DNA from: Heterodontus francisci
Taxonomy: Eukaryota
Assembly: GCF_036365525.1 (NCBI RefSeq)
Contig: NC_090382.1
Coordinates: 111,386,372 to 111,450,371 of the forward strand
Direction of reading: 5' to 3'
Length of the DNA stretch: 64,000 nt
Under the pieces are notes generated by a model that was not told the origin of the DNA, searched no databases, and was given only the letters and a program-made list of their open reading frames with translations. The translations under genes were made by a program, and so were the position numbers. Shown here in pieces: positions 50,566 through 63,117 of this stretch (position 1 is the first letter of the stretch; every line of letters begins with the position of its first letter).

Positions 50566-52975
50566 GTCATAGGGCCATTACGGCATAGAAGGAGGCCATT
50601 CGGCCCATCGAAGACTTGCTGGCTTTCTGTAGATCAATCCAGTCAGTCCCATTCCCTCGCTCCATCCCCGTAGCCCTGCAAGTTTATTCCTCTCATGTGC
50701 CCTTTCAATTTTCTTTTGAAATCATTGATCATCTGCATTTAAATTACCATCCTCGGCAGCAAGTTCCAGGCCATTAACAGTCGTTGCACAAAAAATGTTC
50801 TTGTTCACATCCCACCTATATTTCTTGCCCAAATACTTAAAGCCGTGTCCCCTCGTCCTTATACGATCAGCTAATAGGAATAGCTTTTCTTTGTCTACCT
50901 TATCTAAACCTGCCATAATCTTATACATCGCTATTAAATCTCCCCTCAATCTCCTTTGCTCCGAGGAGAACAAACCCAGCTTTTCCAACCTAACCTTGTT
51001 GCTAAAATTCCCCCATGCCTGGAACCATGCTGGTAAATCTCTTTTGCATCCTCAAGGACCCTCACATGCTTCTGAAAGTGTGCTGATCAGAACTGGATGC
51101 AATACTCTAGTTGTCGCCTAATCCGAACTTGATAATGGTTCAGCATAACTCCCCTGCTTTTTTACTCAATACCTCTATTTATGAAGCCCAAGATCTCCTA
51201 TGCATTGCTAACTACTCTCTTAATATATTCTGCCACCTTTAAAGAACGATGCTTATGAACTCTCAGGTGCCTCTGTCCCTTTACACCCCTTAGAACGGTG
51301 TCATTAAGCCTATATTAACTCTCCATATCCCTTCTGCCAAAATGCATCACCTCACACATCTCTATATCAAATTCCATCGGCTACGTGTCTGTCCAATCTG
51401 CTAGCCTATCTATGTCCTGTTGAGGTCGATTGGTATCATCTTCACTGTTTGTACACCTTCAAGTTTAGTATCATTGCCAATTTTTGAAATTTTACTTTGT
51501 TTGCCAATATCCAAGTCATATATCAAAAAAAAAACAATGGTCTTGCATTGACCCCTGGGGAACCACGACCTACCATCCTCCAGTCTGAAAAGCAACCAAT
51601 TACAACAACTTACTCTGTCCTTAATTCGTGGTTTTTATCCAAGCAGATACTGACCCGCCTAGTTCATGAGCCTCAATTCTGTTACTCAGTCTTTTATGTG
51701 GTATTGTGTCAAAGGTTCCTTAAAATCCATATAGACAACATCCATCGCTTTCCCTCCATCAATCTTCTGTTACTTCATCAAAAAAATAAAATAGATTCGT
51801 AAAAATAGGGGCAGCACAGTGGCGCAGTGGTTAGCACTGCAGCCTCACAACTCCAGCGACCCGGGTTCAATTCTGGGGACTGCCTGTGTGGAGTTTGCAA
51901 GTTCTCTCTGTGTCTGCGTGGATTTCCTCCGGGTGCTCCGGTTTCCTCCCACAAGCCAAAGACTTGCAGGTTGATAGGTAAATTGGCCATTATAAATTGC
52001 CCCGAGTATAGGTAGGTGGTAGGGAAATATAGGGACAGGTGGGGAAGTGGTAGGAATATGGGATTAGTGTAGGATTAGTGTAAATGGGTGGTTGATGGTC
52101 GGCACAGACTCGGTGGGCCGAAGGGCCTGTTTCAGTGCTGTATCTCTAAACTAAACACGATCTGTCTTTGACAAATCCATGCAAATCACCCTTACCCAAG
52201 TGTTATCCCACAGACACTTGGTCCACTTGGCCCACCTCAATCGACAGCATGAAATCCAGCAATGTCACTTTTTAACCGAAGATATATTCTCCAGGAAGTG
52301 CTCCTGAACACATTTCAGAAATTCGTCCCTCTGCTTTCCCTTTACTCTAAGATTATGGCAATCGATATTTGGGTAATTAATGTCCCCCAATGTCACCACT
52401 CTATAGTTCTTGCACATCTCTCGATTTCCCTACAGATGTGCTCGTCTCTTTCTCTCACTATTTGCAGACCTGTAGAACACCCTTGCAGCGTGATCATACC
52501 CATATTGCTTCTCAACTCTAAACAAATGAATTCTGTCCCTGCCCCTCAAGGATATCCTCTTTCCAACACTACAATGTCTTCCCAAATTAGTACCACCATC
52601 CCACCTCCCTCTTTTCCTTCCCTATCTTTTCTGAACACTTTGTATCCTTGAATGTTAAGCACCCAGTCCTCACCATTTTAAGTGATGCTTCTGTTATTGT
52701 CATCATGTTCCAACTTGGCTATTTCTGCTTATAGCTCACCAAACTTAATCATCCCACTTTGTGTGTTCATATACATGTAATCTTAACATGTCTTTCTATT
52801 TCTAGTAACCCTTCTTAGTCTGCTGCTATCTAATATGGTGCTACTTCCTTCCCGAATGCTGTCCAACACTTGCCCTTTATGTAGCTTATTCTTCTATTTT
52901 ACTTTGATATAGTGCCCATTCCCCTGCCAATTCAGTTTAAACCCTTCCCAACCACACCAGTTAACTCCCGTCCCA
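50566..52975 (-). mobile_element. Degenerate CR1 LINE interrupted by a V-SINE
   Basis: EKLGLFSSEQRRLRGDLIAMYKIM, ISKIGNDTKL; 3' UTR GAAGGAGGCCATTCGGCCCATC. Confidence 0.85.
51808..52155 (+). mobile_element. Full-length HE1-like V-SINE
   Basis: GGGGCAGCACAGTGGCGCAGTGGTTAGCAC A-box, GGTTCAATTC B-box, V-domain-like core, CR1-type tail with CTAAACTAAAC. Confidence 0.9.
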
Positions 52976-52984
52976 CCTTATCAG

Positions 52985-54200
52985 CAAACCATCACATAAA
53001 TGATAACAAAAGCTAAGATTCTGAAGAGTGTAGAGGGCATGTCCACAGATCCCTGAGAGTAGCAGGACTGGTAGATAACTTGATCAAGACAGCATAGGGG
53101 ATACTTTCCTTTATCGGCCGAGGCCCCATTGTATAACAGCAGGTATGTTATACCAGAACTGTATAAAATACGAGTTAGACTGCAGCTAGATTGCTGCACA
53201 CAGTTCTGGTCACAACATTCCAGGAAGGGTGTGATTGCAGTAGAGAAGGCACAGACGAGATTTATGAAGATGTTGTTAAGAATGTACAGTTTTATTTTGA
53301 AGCAGATATTGGATGGGCTGGGGTTGTTTTCTTTGGAAGAGAGGGGCGGCTGAGGGGAGATTTAATTGGGGTGCATACAATTATGAGGTGGCATATATAG
53401 AGTGGATATAGAGGACATATTTTCCTTAGCAGAGTGCCTGTCACATTCCCAGCTCGCCCCGCTCTACACCCCCCTCCCCACCCAACCCAGAGGCCAATTT
53501 ATCCCCTTAAGTAACCAATTAATGGCTACTTAAGGGTCTCACCCCACCGCCTCCGGTATTTAAACCGCAATGGGTGTAGCCTATGCCACGTGGGGAGGAC
53601 ACCCAGCAAAACCAGGTGGCCTTCCTGTGGGCTGGCTGGTGGGGGCCTTCCCTGTAGTAACACCGTACCCATGCCAACACCATCCCATCCTCAATGGCCA
53701 CCCACCCATCATCCCATGAATATCCAGTTCAGGGCTCCGGCGCTGCTCATGGTGTCTGGCCTACCCCTTGGTGCTGCTAGGAGTGCTGAACTGCTGATCC
53801 TCTGATTGGTCGGCAGCTCTTGGAGGCAGGATCTCCATCCTGAAAGGGATGGGAACCAAGGCGCCTGGAAGTTAACTGCCTGAGTATCATTAAATACAGC
53901 CATGGGCTCCCAAATGTCTAAGGCGAGTTTCCCTTGATTCCTGGCCTTGCATCGCATGTTGCCTGTTCAAATATCTGTCCAAACTAATTGGTAGAAAGAT
54001 TAGAGGGGGATTGTGGAGTAAATCGTTTATCCAGAGTGTGGTAGAGGTCTGGAATTCACTGCCTGAAAGGGTGGTAGAGGCCGAAACCCTAATCGCATTT
54101 GAAAAAACACTGGAAATGTGCATAATGTGCCATAACATACAGGGCCACAGGCCAAGAGCTGGAAGGTGTAATTAGCCTGGATACATTTTTTAAATTATTT
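52985..54200 (+). mobile_element. Degenerate CR1 3' region with a Harbinger-related non-autonomous insert (~53435-53975)
   Basis: LYKIRVRLQLDCCTQFWS…; the CR1 resumes at ~53980 (AATTGGTAGAAAGATTAGAGGGG, cf. 77-100). Confidence 0.65.
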
Positions 54201-54219
54201 TTGCTGATGCAGACATGTG

Positions 54220-54685
54220 TTTTTATTCATTCAAGGGATCTGAGTGTCATTGGCAAGGCCAGCATTTTTGCCAGTCCCTAGTAGTCCTTGAGAAGGTGGT
54301 GGTGAGCTGCCTTCTTGAAATGCTGCAATCCAAGTGGTGTAGGTATGCCCTCAGAGCTGTTCGGGAGGGAGTTCCAGGAATTTCACCCAGCAAAGTTGAA
54401 GAAAGGATGATATAGTTCCATGTCAGGATGGATTGGGGAGGAACTTGGTGGAAATTGGGCAGGTGGTGGTGCTCCCATGCATCTGCTGCCCTTGTCCTTC
54501 TCGGTGGTAGAAATCATGAGTTTAATAATTGCTGTCAAAGGACCGTTGGTGAGTTCTAGATGCTACATACTGCTTCCACTGCATGCCAGTGGTGGAGTAA
54601 GTGAATGTTTTACGTGGTGGGTGACGTGGCGATCAGGCAGGGTGCTTTCTCCTTGATGGTGTTGAGATGCTTGAGCATTTTACCG
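54220..54685 (-). mobile_element. L2/CR1-type LINE 3' remnant
   Basis: Same 3' end as 30885 and 40655 (GGCAAGGCCAGCATT…CTTGAGAAGGTGGTGGTGAGCTGCCTTCTTG). Confidence 0.7.
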
Positions 54686-54689
54686 AATG

Positions 54690-55827
54690 GCCTGCTTCTG
54701 TGCTGCAAATCTTCCTATGTTTCCATGGACCCTCGACTGTGTCCATCCCATTTCCAGTACTTCACCTCTCACCCCTACCCCTCCCTCCCAGAGCCATGCT
54801 AGATATCCCCTTGCACCCCACCAGCCTCCATATTCAATGAATCATCCTGCACTATTTCTGCCACCTCCAGTATGATGTCACGACTAAATACATCTTCCCC
54901 TCTCCTCTCCTTTCATTATTGCTAAAGGATAGTTCCTTCTGCGACACCCTGGTCCACTCCTAAATCGCCTCGAATGCCCATCCCCTTCCAATTGAATCTT
55001 CCATGCAAGCACAGGCGACACAACACTTGCCCTTTTAGCTTTTCCTTCCTCACTATCCAAGGCCCCAAACACTCATTCCAGGTGAAACAGCAATTTACGT
55101 GTACTTCTTTCAATTTAGTTCACTGTATTCGCTGCTCACAATGTGCTTTGCAATACATTGGGGAGTTGATTGAATGACTGCTTTGTGGAACACCTCCAAT
55201 CAGTTCGTAAGCATGATCCTGAGTTTCTGGTCACCTGTCATTTAAATTTTCCCCTTGCTGCCACGCTAAACTTTCTGTCCTTGGTCTCCTGCAGTGTTCC
55301 AATGAAGCTCAATGCAAGCTCGAGGAATAGCATGTCATCTTTCAATTAGGCACTTTAAAACTTTCTGGACTCAACATTGAGTTGAACAATTTCAAAGCAT
55401 AATCTCTGCCTCCATGTTGTTTCCTTTTCCTTTGCAGCTTTTGACTTTACTGTCTTGATTTTCTCTTTCTTTACTTTTGGACAACTATTCGTCCTTCTTC
55501 CGTTCACACCTCCACTAGTCATATATTTTGTTTCTTTCTTTGCCTCATGACCACTCCATTTGGCTTTACACCACCATACCTTTTGTTATTTAATCTTTCC
55601 TGTCTTCCATCCTATCACTGACCTTCCTTGGATGCTTTTTCCAATTCTCCCCCTTTCACTTGCTTAAAATCTATTGCATTTATAATATTTTCCAGTTCTG
55701 ATGAAAGGTCACAGACCTGAAAATTTAACTCTGTTTCTCTCCACAGATCATCCCTGACCTGCTGAGCATTTCCAGCAGATTTTCTTTTCATTTCAGATTT
55801 CCAGTATCCACAGTATTTTGCTATTTG
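54690..55827 (+). mobile_element. Penelope-like element (degenerate GIY-YIG region + 3' UTR)
   Basis: SFQVKQQFTCTSFNLVHCIRCSQCALQYIGE; UTR homologous to 17787-18292. Confidence 0.85.
55694..55730 (+). ncRNA. Minimal type I hammerhead ribozyme-like motif (canonical core)
   Basis: AGTT-CTGATGA-AAGGTCacaGACCT-GAAA-ATTT-AACT: CUGANGA and GAAA boxes, stem II AGGTC/GACCT, stem I AGTT/AACT. Confidence 0.65.
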
Positions 55828-55829
55828 AT

Positions 55830-58800
55830 TAATGGAAGAGGCGCATAATGTTGTCAAAAGAGTAGTCGGTCTGAGGATTGGCAGGATATTACAATTCAGC
55901 AAAGGATGATCAAGAAATTGATAAAGAAAGACAGAAAATAGAACATGAGAGTAGGAGTCATAGGAATTGCAAGAGACCGAGAAACAGATTGTAAAGGCTT
56001 CAAAAAGTATTTCATAAGGAAAAGATTAGCAAATGTAGACGAAGGTCACTTTCAGAAAGAGGCACGAGAAATTAGAGTGGAAAATAAGGAAATAGTAAAA
56101 GCAGTCAACAGAAACTTGCCATCTGCCTGCACGATAGCACAATACACGTTCCAAAAATAGGGAGAAACCAAGGCTCTAGTGAGAATGAGGAACTTAAAGA
56201 ATTATTAAAGAACTAATGCTGACGAAATTAATATGACTAAAAGCGAACAAATCCTCTGAACCCAATGGCCTACATCTTTGGGTTATGAAAGAGGTGGCTA
56301 GAGATAGTGAATGCATTGGTTTTGTACTTTCAGGATTCCATAGACTTTAAAATTGTGCCCGCAGATTAGAAGATATCAAACTTCAACCATCTATTCAACA
56401 ATAGAGGCAGAGTGAAAAAGAGGAGCTGTAGGTCAGTTAGCCCGACATCAGTAGTAAGGAAAATGTCATAAACTATTTATAAGGACATAAAAACAGGGCG
56501 CTTAGCAGTGCCAATACAGACTTATAAAAGGGAAATAGTGTTTGACAAATCCATTAATGTTTTCTGAGTCTTAACTAGTAGGTTAGAACAGGGGAAACAA
56601 TTGGGTGTAATGTATTTGGATCTTCAAAGAGCATTGGAAAAGTTACCACACGAGAGATTATTGTGCAAAATTATGGCTCGTGGGGCTGGGGGCAATATAT
56701 TGACATGGATTGAGGACTGGTTAATGGACAGAAAACAAAAAGTAGGAATAAACGTGTACTTTTTGGCTGGCGATCAGGGTACCACAAGGATCAGTGCTTG
56801 AACCTCAGCTATTAGGGTTGAGCAATATATGCTGGTCTGGCCAGCGATGCCCACATCCCATGAAAACTAATTTAAAAAAAACTTTACACTGTCTATGCCT
56901 TAGGTAAGCAGACCAAGTATAATATATCAAAGCTTGCTGATGACACAAAGTTAGGTAGAAATGTAAGTTGTGAGGGGGATGCAACAATGCTATAAAGGGA
57001 TATAGACAGATCAAAAAAGTAGGCATGATGAAGGAAGATGTGGCGAAATGTGAAGTTATCCATTTGGTAAGAAAAATAGGGAAGTATTTTTTTTTAAATG
57101 GTGATAGACTGAGAAATGCTGGCATTCAGAGGGGCTTGTGTTTTCTTGTGTACTAATCACTGAAAGATAACACGAAAGCCTAGCAATAGGAAAAATGACA
57201 TGTTCGTCTCTATTTCAAAAAAGATTGGACTATAAGTATAAATAAGTCTAATGCAATTATATAGCGTTTTGCTGATATCACGCCTCGAGTACTGTTTATA
57301 GTTTTGGTCTCCTTAACTAAGCAAGGATTTACTTGCCTTAGAGGGAGTGCTACGAATGCTCACTGGACTGATTCCTGGGATTTTTTTTATAGAACATTAC
57401 AGCGCAGTACAGGCCCTTCGGCCCTCGATGTTGCGCCGACCTGTGAAACCATCTGACCTACACTATTCCATTTTCATCCATATGTCTATCCAATGACCAT
57501 TTAAATGCCCTTAAAGTTGGCGAGTCTAATACTGTTGTGGGCAGGGCGTTCCACGCCCCAACTACTCTCTGAGTAAAGAAACTACCTCTAACATCCGTCC
57601 TATATCTATCACCCCTCAACTTAAAGCTATGTCCCCTCGTGTTTGCCATCACCATCCGAGGAAAAAGACTCTCACTATCCACCCTATCAAACCCTCTGAT
57701 TATCTTATATGTCTCTATTAAGTCACCTCTCCTCCTCCTTCTCTCCAACGAAAACAACCTCAAGTCCCTCAGCCTTTCCTCATAAGACCTTCCCTCCATG
57801 CCAGGCAACATCCTAGTAAATCTCCTCTGCACCCTTTCCAAAGCTTCCACATCCTTCCTATAATGCGGTGACCAGAACTGCATGCAATACTCCAGGTGCG
57901 GCCTCACCAGAGTTTTGTACAGCTGCAGCATGACCTCGTGGCTCCGAAACTCGATCCCCCTACTAATAAAAGCTAACACACCATATGCCTTCTTAACAGC
58001 CCCATTAACCTGGGTAGCAACTTTCAGGGATTTATGTACCTGGACACCAAGATCTCTCTGTTCATCTACACTACCAAGAATCTTCCCATTAGCCCAGTAC
58101 TCTGCATTCCTGTTACTCCTTCCAAAGTGAATCACCTCACACATTTCCGCATTAAACTCCATTTGCCATCTCTCAGCCCAGCTCTGCAGCCTATCTATGT
58201 CCCACTGTACCCTACAACATCCTTCGGCACTATCCACACCTCCTCCGACCTTCGTGTCATCCGCAAATTTACTAACCCACCCGTCTACACCCTATTCCAG
58301 GTCATTTATAAAACTGACAAACAGCAGTGGCCCCAAAACAGATCCTTGCGGTACACCACTAGTAACTAAACTCCAGGATGAACATTTGCCATCAACCACC
58401 ACCCTCTGTCTTCGTTCAGCTAGCCAATTTCTGATCCAAAGCTCTAAATCGCCTTCTACCCCATACTTCCGTATTTTCTGCAATAGCCTACCGTGGGGAA
58501 CCTTATCAAACGCCTTCCTGAAATCCATATACACCACATCCAATGCTATGTGAGTTTTGTCCTATTACGGGAGATTGAAGAATATTTGGAGTGAGGAGTA
58601 TATTCCCTAGAGTTTAGAAGAATGAGAGTTTATCTCATTAAAGCATGTATGAGTGTTTGACAGGGTAGCTGCTAGATAGCTGTTTCCCGGGCTTGGGTGG
58701 ATAGACCTAGGGGTTCCAGTCTCAAAGTAAGTGGTTGTGATGAGGTGAATGAGGTTTGTGAATCTTTGGAACGCTCTACCTCAAAGGACTGTGATGGCTC

Positions 58801-58960
58801 AGTCCGTGAGTATATTCAAGGCAGAAAACAATAGATTTTGGGATACTAAGGATGAATAGTATGGAGAAGTGGATTTGAGATCAACCATGATGGTATTGAA
58901 TGGTGATGCAGGCTCGAAGGGACAATGGCCTACTCCTGCTCCTATTTCTATTGTTCTAAT
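55830..58960 (+). mobile_element. Old CR1 LINE interrupted by a younger antisense CR1
   Basis: GVMYLDLQRALEKLPHERLL…WIEDWLMDRKQKV; 3' UTR GCAGGCTCGAAGG…TGGCCTACTCCTGCTCCT. Confidence 0.85.
57385..58547 (-). mobile_element. Young 5'-truncated CR1 LINE
   Basis: [16 protein letters not shown]…[11 protein letters not shown], one in-frame TAG, then KFADDTK…LVRPHLEYC; 3' UTR AGGGCCGAAGGGCCTGT. Confidence 0.95.
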
Positions 58961-59197
58961 GTTAAGGCTGCAGGTCATAACTCTGGTTTTTATTTGTATA
59001 GTGTGTATTTGTATTTGAGAACATCAGTCAGAAATGATGGACACATTAGTTTCTGTTCACGACGGCGTTCTTAGCTTTTAATGTTGACCGCAAACGTCAG
59101 CCAGATGACAGTGAAATTCAAGGTCCTGCGCCAATTTACTGTTTTGTTTGTAGTTTCTCTTTCAATTACAATAACGAAATTAGAGTGTGACCCTTGA

Positions 59198-59290
59198 ATG
59201 TCACGAACAAGTGTCGCTGACCGAAAAGGAGAAAATTACCTCCTGATTTGTACGGGGGGTGCGGGGGTGGGGTGGGGGGGTGGGGGTGTA
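59198..59290 (+). promoter_or_regulatory. Orphan CSE/CTCF-like motif followed by a G-quadruplex-prone G-run
   Basis: CGAACAAGTGTCGCTGA (CGCT 59215-59218) shares GTGTCGCTG with the four promoter CSEs; five or more G4-7 tracts at 59254-59286. Confidence 0.4.
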
Positions 59291-60062
59291 GGCATTGGAT
59301 GAACCAAGCACCAGTCAGTGGGTAGTGATTGTGGAAGGAATCTCGCCATAGCTACAGAAAGGCAGGTGGGCGCATGGTTTTCACGTAGCAAGTGGCAGTT
59401 GGGATATCGGAGGACATTTTACGCCGCAATTTGGAGTGAAGCGTGCGGGCACCATTGGGAGGAGGATACATATAACAAAGGAAAAGGAACGATAAATCTG
59501 GTGAATAGTTCTGCAAGATAGGGGGAAATATTGGATCTACTGATCACGTTTCGCATTGCGCGTGCGCTGTGCTGGTTGGAAAATGAGCCGAGGACAAGAC
59601 TTCATCATACCAGAAGGAGCAATGCAATCTGAAGAGATTATCACTGTGGATCACAGCAATACAACGCCAAATACTTGGAGCTGTAAATCTAGACAGGTGA
59701 GAAAATTGAAAGGCAAGTGCAATGTAAGCCTAAGAATATTAAATCCCATGAGAAAAATATTCGTAATCTAAGACATCGTATTCATCAATGACGGATATAG
59801 TGAGATGTGAACCTCCTGTAATTATAAGAAGTGACTGCTATACCTTATATGTCCATGTATGTATATGCAAATATTATTATATACTTCAGAATTATTTCTG
59901 TTTTCCTCCAAAGTATTTAAACCAAGGGCATAGTTCAGCCGTTTAGCTTGAGAAATAAAAGTACTAGGTAGCATGGACGAGGTATTTTGTGTGGGTGCAA
60001 AAACAAATTGTATTATATCAATAATAGATGCTGCAAATGTAACACGTTATTTCCTTGTCATC

Positions 60063-60255
60063 AAGTGGTGGAAGTAGATACGATAGCAACGTTTAAGAGA
60101 CATCTTGACAAATATATGAATAGGGAGGGAATAGAGGGATATGGGCCCCGAAAGTGCAGAAGGTGTTAGTTTCGGCAGGCATCAAGATCGGCGCAGGCTT
60201 GGAGGGCCGAATGGCCTGTTCCTGTGCTGTACTGTTCTTTGTTCTTTGTTCTTTA
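60063..60255 (+). mobile_element. CR1 3' terminal fragment
   Basis: VVEVDTIATFKRHLDKYMN; GGAGGGCCGAATGGCCTGTTCCTGTGCTG and (TTCTTTG)3 tail, same family as 28223-28878. Confidence 0.9.
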
Positions 60256-60389
60256 TCACTGAATTAAGTGATAAAATATCGACACCGTCACAAGGTTCTT
60301 TAAGCTTGGAATTCTCCAAAATTAACTTAACGATGATGAGAAAGTTGAGACTTTCACAATTTACGTGATGCCTCGCTTTAGTATGACAT

Positions 60390-60485
60390 CAGTGTAGTTA
60401 TAGACAAAGACTCTTTGTGTCGCTGTCTACCAATAAGGGGAAGATTTTTAGCTGGAGATCCACCATCCATCCCCCAACACCGAGA
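60390..60485 (+). promoter_or_regulatory. cPcdh promoter 4 with intact CSE and CCAAT box
   Basis: CAGTGTAGTTATAGACAAAGACTCTTTGTGTCGCTGTCTACCAATAAGG; CGCT at 60421-60424. Confidence 0.88.
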
Positions 60486-60605
60486 GACGAAAGCAGGCAG
60501 ACTATTGATGATCTCCTGAAAAGGTCTCCTTGCTTTTCGACTTATCTCTTGCATTATATTACTTATTTGGAATTGAATAATTGATATTAACGAACGGAAG
60601 TAAAA

Positions 60606-63117
60606 ATGAGGGTCGAAAAACACATCTCAGAAAAGGAAATTACACCTATAGAAGGGCTATTTTTGTTGAGAAAGAAAGCCATACCGTCCATTTTGCTGCT
60701 TTGTATCTGGAATCTGGTTTCCGGGCAGATTCGTTACTCCATTCCAGAAGAATTGGAACACGGCGCTTTGGTGGGGAAAATCGCCAAAGATTTCAGATTA
60801 AATTCAGAGGAACTAGCAACTCGCAGATTCAGGATCGTTTCCCAAGTACCATTCCAATATTTCGACATAAATCTCCAGAATGGAATCTTATTTGTGAATA
60901 AAAGAATAGACAGGGAAGTACTCTGCGAACAGAGCCTTGCCTGTTTCGTGCTTTTGGAACTGGAAATTGAAAATCACATGGAACAGTATCGAGCAGAGAT
61001 CGAGATTTTGGATATAAACGATAACTCTCCCAATTTCTCGAATCAGGAAATTCGTTTGGAAATTACAGAGTCGGTGGCACCTGGAACCAGGTTTATTTTA
61101 GAAGCCGCACAGGATCCTGATTTAGGAAGCAATTCTGTTCGAATGTACCAACTCACTCCAAATGAATATTTCATCCTGGATGTACCGACTCTTGGAAAAT
61201 GGAAATTACCCGAATTGGTGGTGAAAAAGACTCCTGACCGAGAAAAACAATCGATCCACCGTTTATTACTCACTGCTGTTGATGGTGCGATACCCGAGAA
61301 GTCAGGTACTGCTCGGGTAATCATTAATGTCTCTGACACGAATGACAATGCACCCGTTTTCCAACAGTCCTTGTACGCTGTTAGTTTAATGGAAGATGCC
61401 CCACCTGGCACTTTGGTGATTAAACTTAGTGCTACTGATTTGGATGACGGGGCCAATAGCGACATTGTTTATTCTTTAGGTAGCTACAGTGAGGAAAGAA
61501 TACCTGAAATATTTAGAATTAATCCGAAATTCGGAGAGATCAGGCTTAAGGGAAAAGTGGATTTTGAAGAAACAAGTGTTTACGAAATTCACGTGGAAGC
61601 TAAAGACAGGGGGGCACTGTCATTATCTGCACACTGTACTGTTCGGCTGGATATCAAGGACGTCAATGACAATGCGCCAGATTTGATTCTAAAACCAGCT
61701 TCCAGTACAGTCAATGAGGACGCTCCTACTGGGACATTGGTAGCGTTGGTTAGTGTTACAGATCGAGATTCGAAGAGAAACGGTCATACTATTTGTCAGA
61801 TCTCCCCAGATGTGCCCTTTGTTCTGAAACCCTCCTTTTGGAATGCCTATAGACTCGCCCTGAATGATATACTTGATCGGGAACGTGTCCCTGAATTCGC
61901 AGTGACTGTGAAAAGACGAAGGAAGTCCTCCACTATCCACAAACAAAACAATTATTGTGCATATTTCAGATATAAATGACAACGCGCCCAACTTTATAGA
62001 GTCTTCGCCAGTCTACGTGACCGAGAACAATTCACCTGGTAATTCCATTGGATCAGTGACAGCGTTCGACGCAGATACTGAACAAAATTCTCAGCTTTCT
62101 TACAGCATTCTGGAAAGTAATCTTCAGGGAGATCCAGTGTCCTCATATGTTTCTATCAACTCAAAAAATGGCTTCATCTATTCGCAGCGGTCATTTGATT
62201 ACGAGCAGCTTAAAAGTTTTAAGATCCAAGTTCAAGCTCAGGATGCTGGACTCCCAATGCTTTCCGGGAATACCACTGTAAATGTCATTATTCTAGATCA
62301 GAATGACAACCCTCCTGTAATTACATCACCTAGCTCAGTGAACTACAACAAGGCAATTGTGCCTCGATCTGCCAATCCAGGACTTTTGGTAACGAAGATA
62401 ATTGCTTCTGATGCTGATTCTGGACAGAATGCACGAATTTCCTATCTACTCGTGCAAGCCACTGACCCGGGTCTTTTTAGAGTTTCTCATAGCACAGGAG
62501 AAATAAGAAGCGTTCGCCGATTTAATGATGATGACGCCACCGCACAAAGACTAGTCATCCAGGTAAAGGACAATGGACATCCATCTCTCTCTGCCACTAC
62601 CACGATTACGCTCACTATAATTGAACAGAGCGAACAAATTCAGTCAGAAGTTGTCAATCTTCACCGAGATTTACAGCAATCGTCCGATTTGGCTTTTTAT
62701 ATAATAATTTCTTTGGGAATAATATCCTTCTTACTTCTTGTTATTATCATTGTTATTGTTATTGTCATTTGCCCAACCGACGGGCAACTTGACTGCAATG
62801 AAATTTGCAGTCTTACCAATTGTTGCTGTGTCAGAGAATTAGACTCCAAAGCTAGAATGCATAATTCACACGTCGACCTTCATGTCGTGCCAGACTCCAA
62901 GTTAATTAGGAATGTTCTTGAGGTTCGAGGGAATGGATCCATTTCAGATACATACCGTTATAAAGTTCGATTAGCACCAGAGGCAACCAAAATGGAATCG
63001 ATGTATTTCGTTCCAGTAAGTCCAACAAATTCTGGAACTTTTAGAAAGAATATTCGAACATGTGCGTCAGGACGAAATGCAAACATGACGGATAATTGGG
63101 CATATATACCTAGCGAA
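60606..63117 (+). pseudogene. Clustered protocadherin variable exon 4, frameshifted (probable pseudogene)
   Basis: Split into ORFs 60606-61979 and 61957-63375; ~5-nt deletion at ~61911 (GTG A-----AAA GAC vs paralog xTCKD); ATG homologous to exons 1-3 reads ATT; GAA|GTGAGT donor intact at 63117/63118. Confidence 0.8.

Noticed and set aside
51808-51880. tRNA gene
   Set aside because: The A/B boxes are the head of a multi-copy SINE; no complete cloverleaf.
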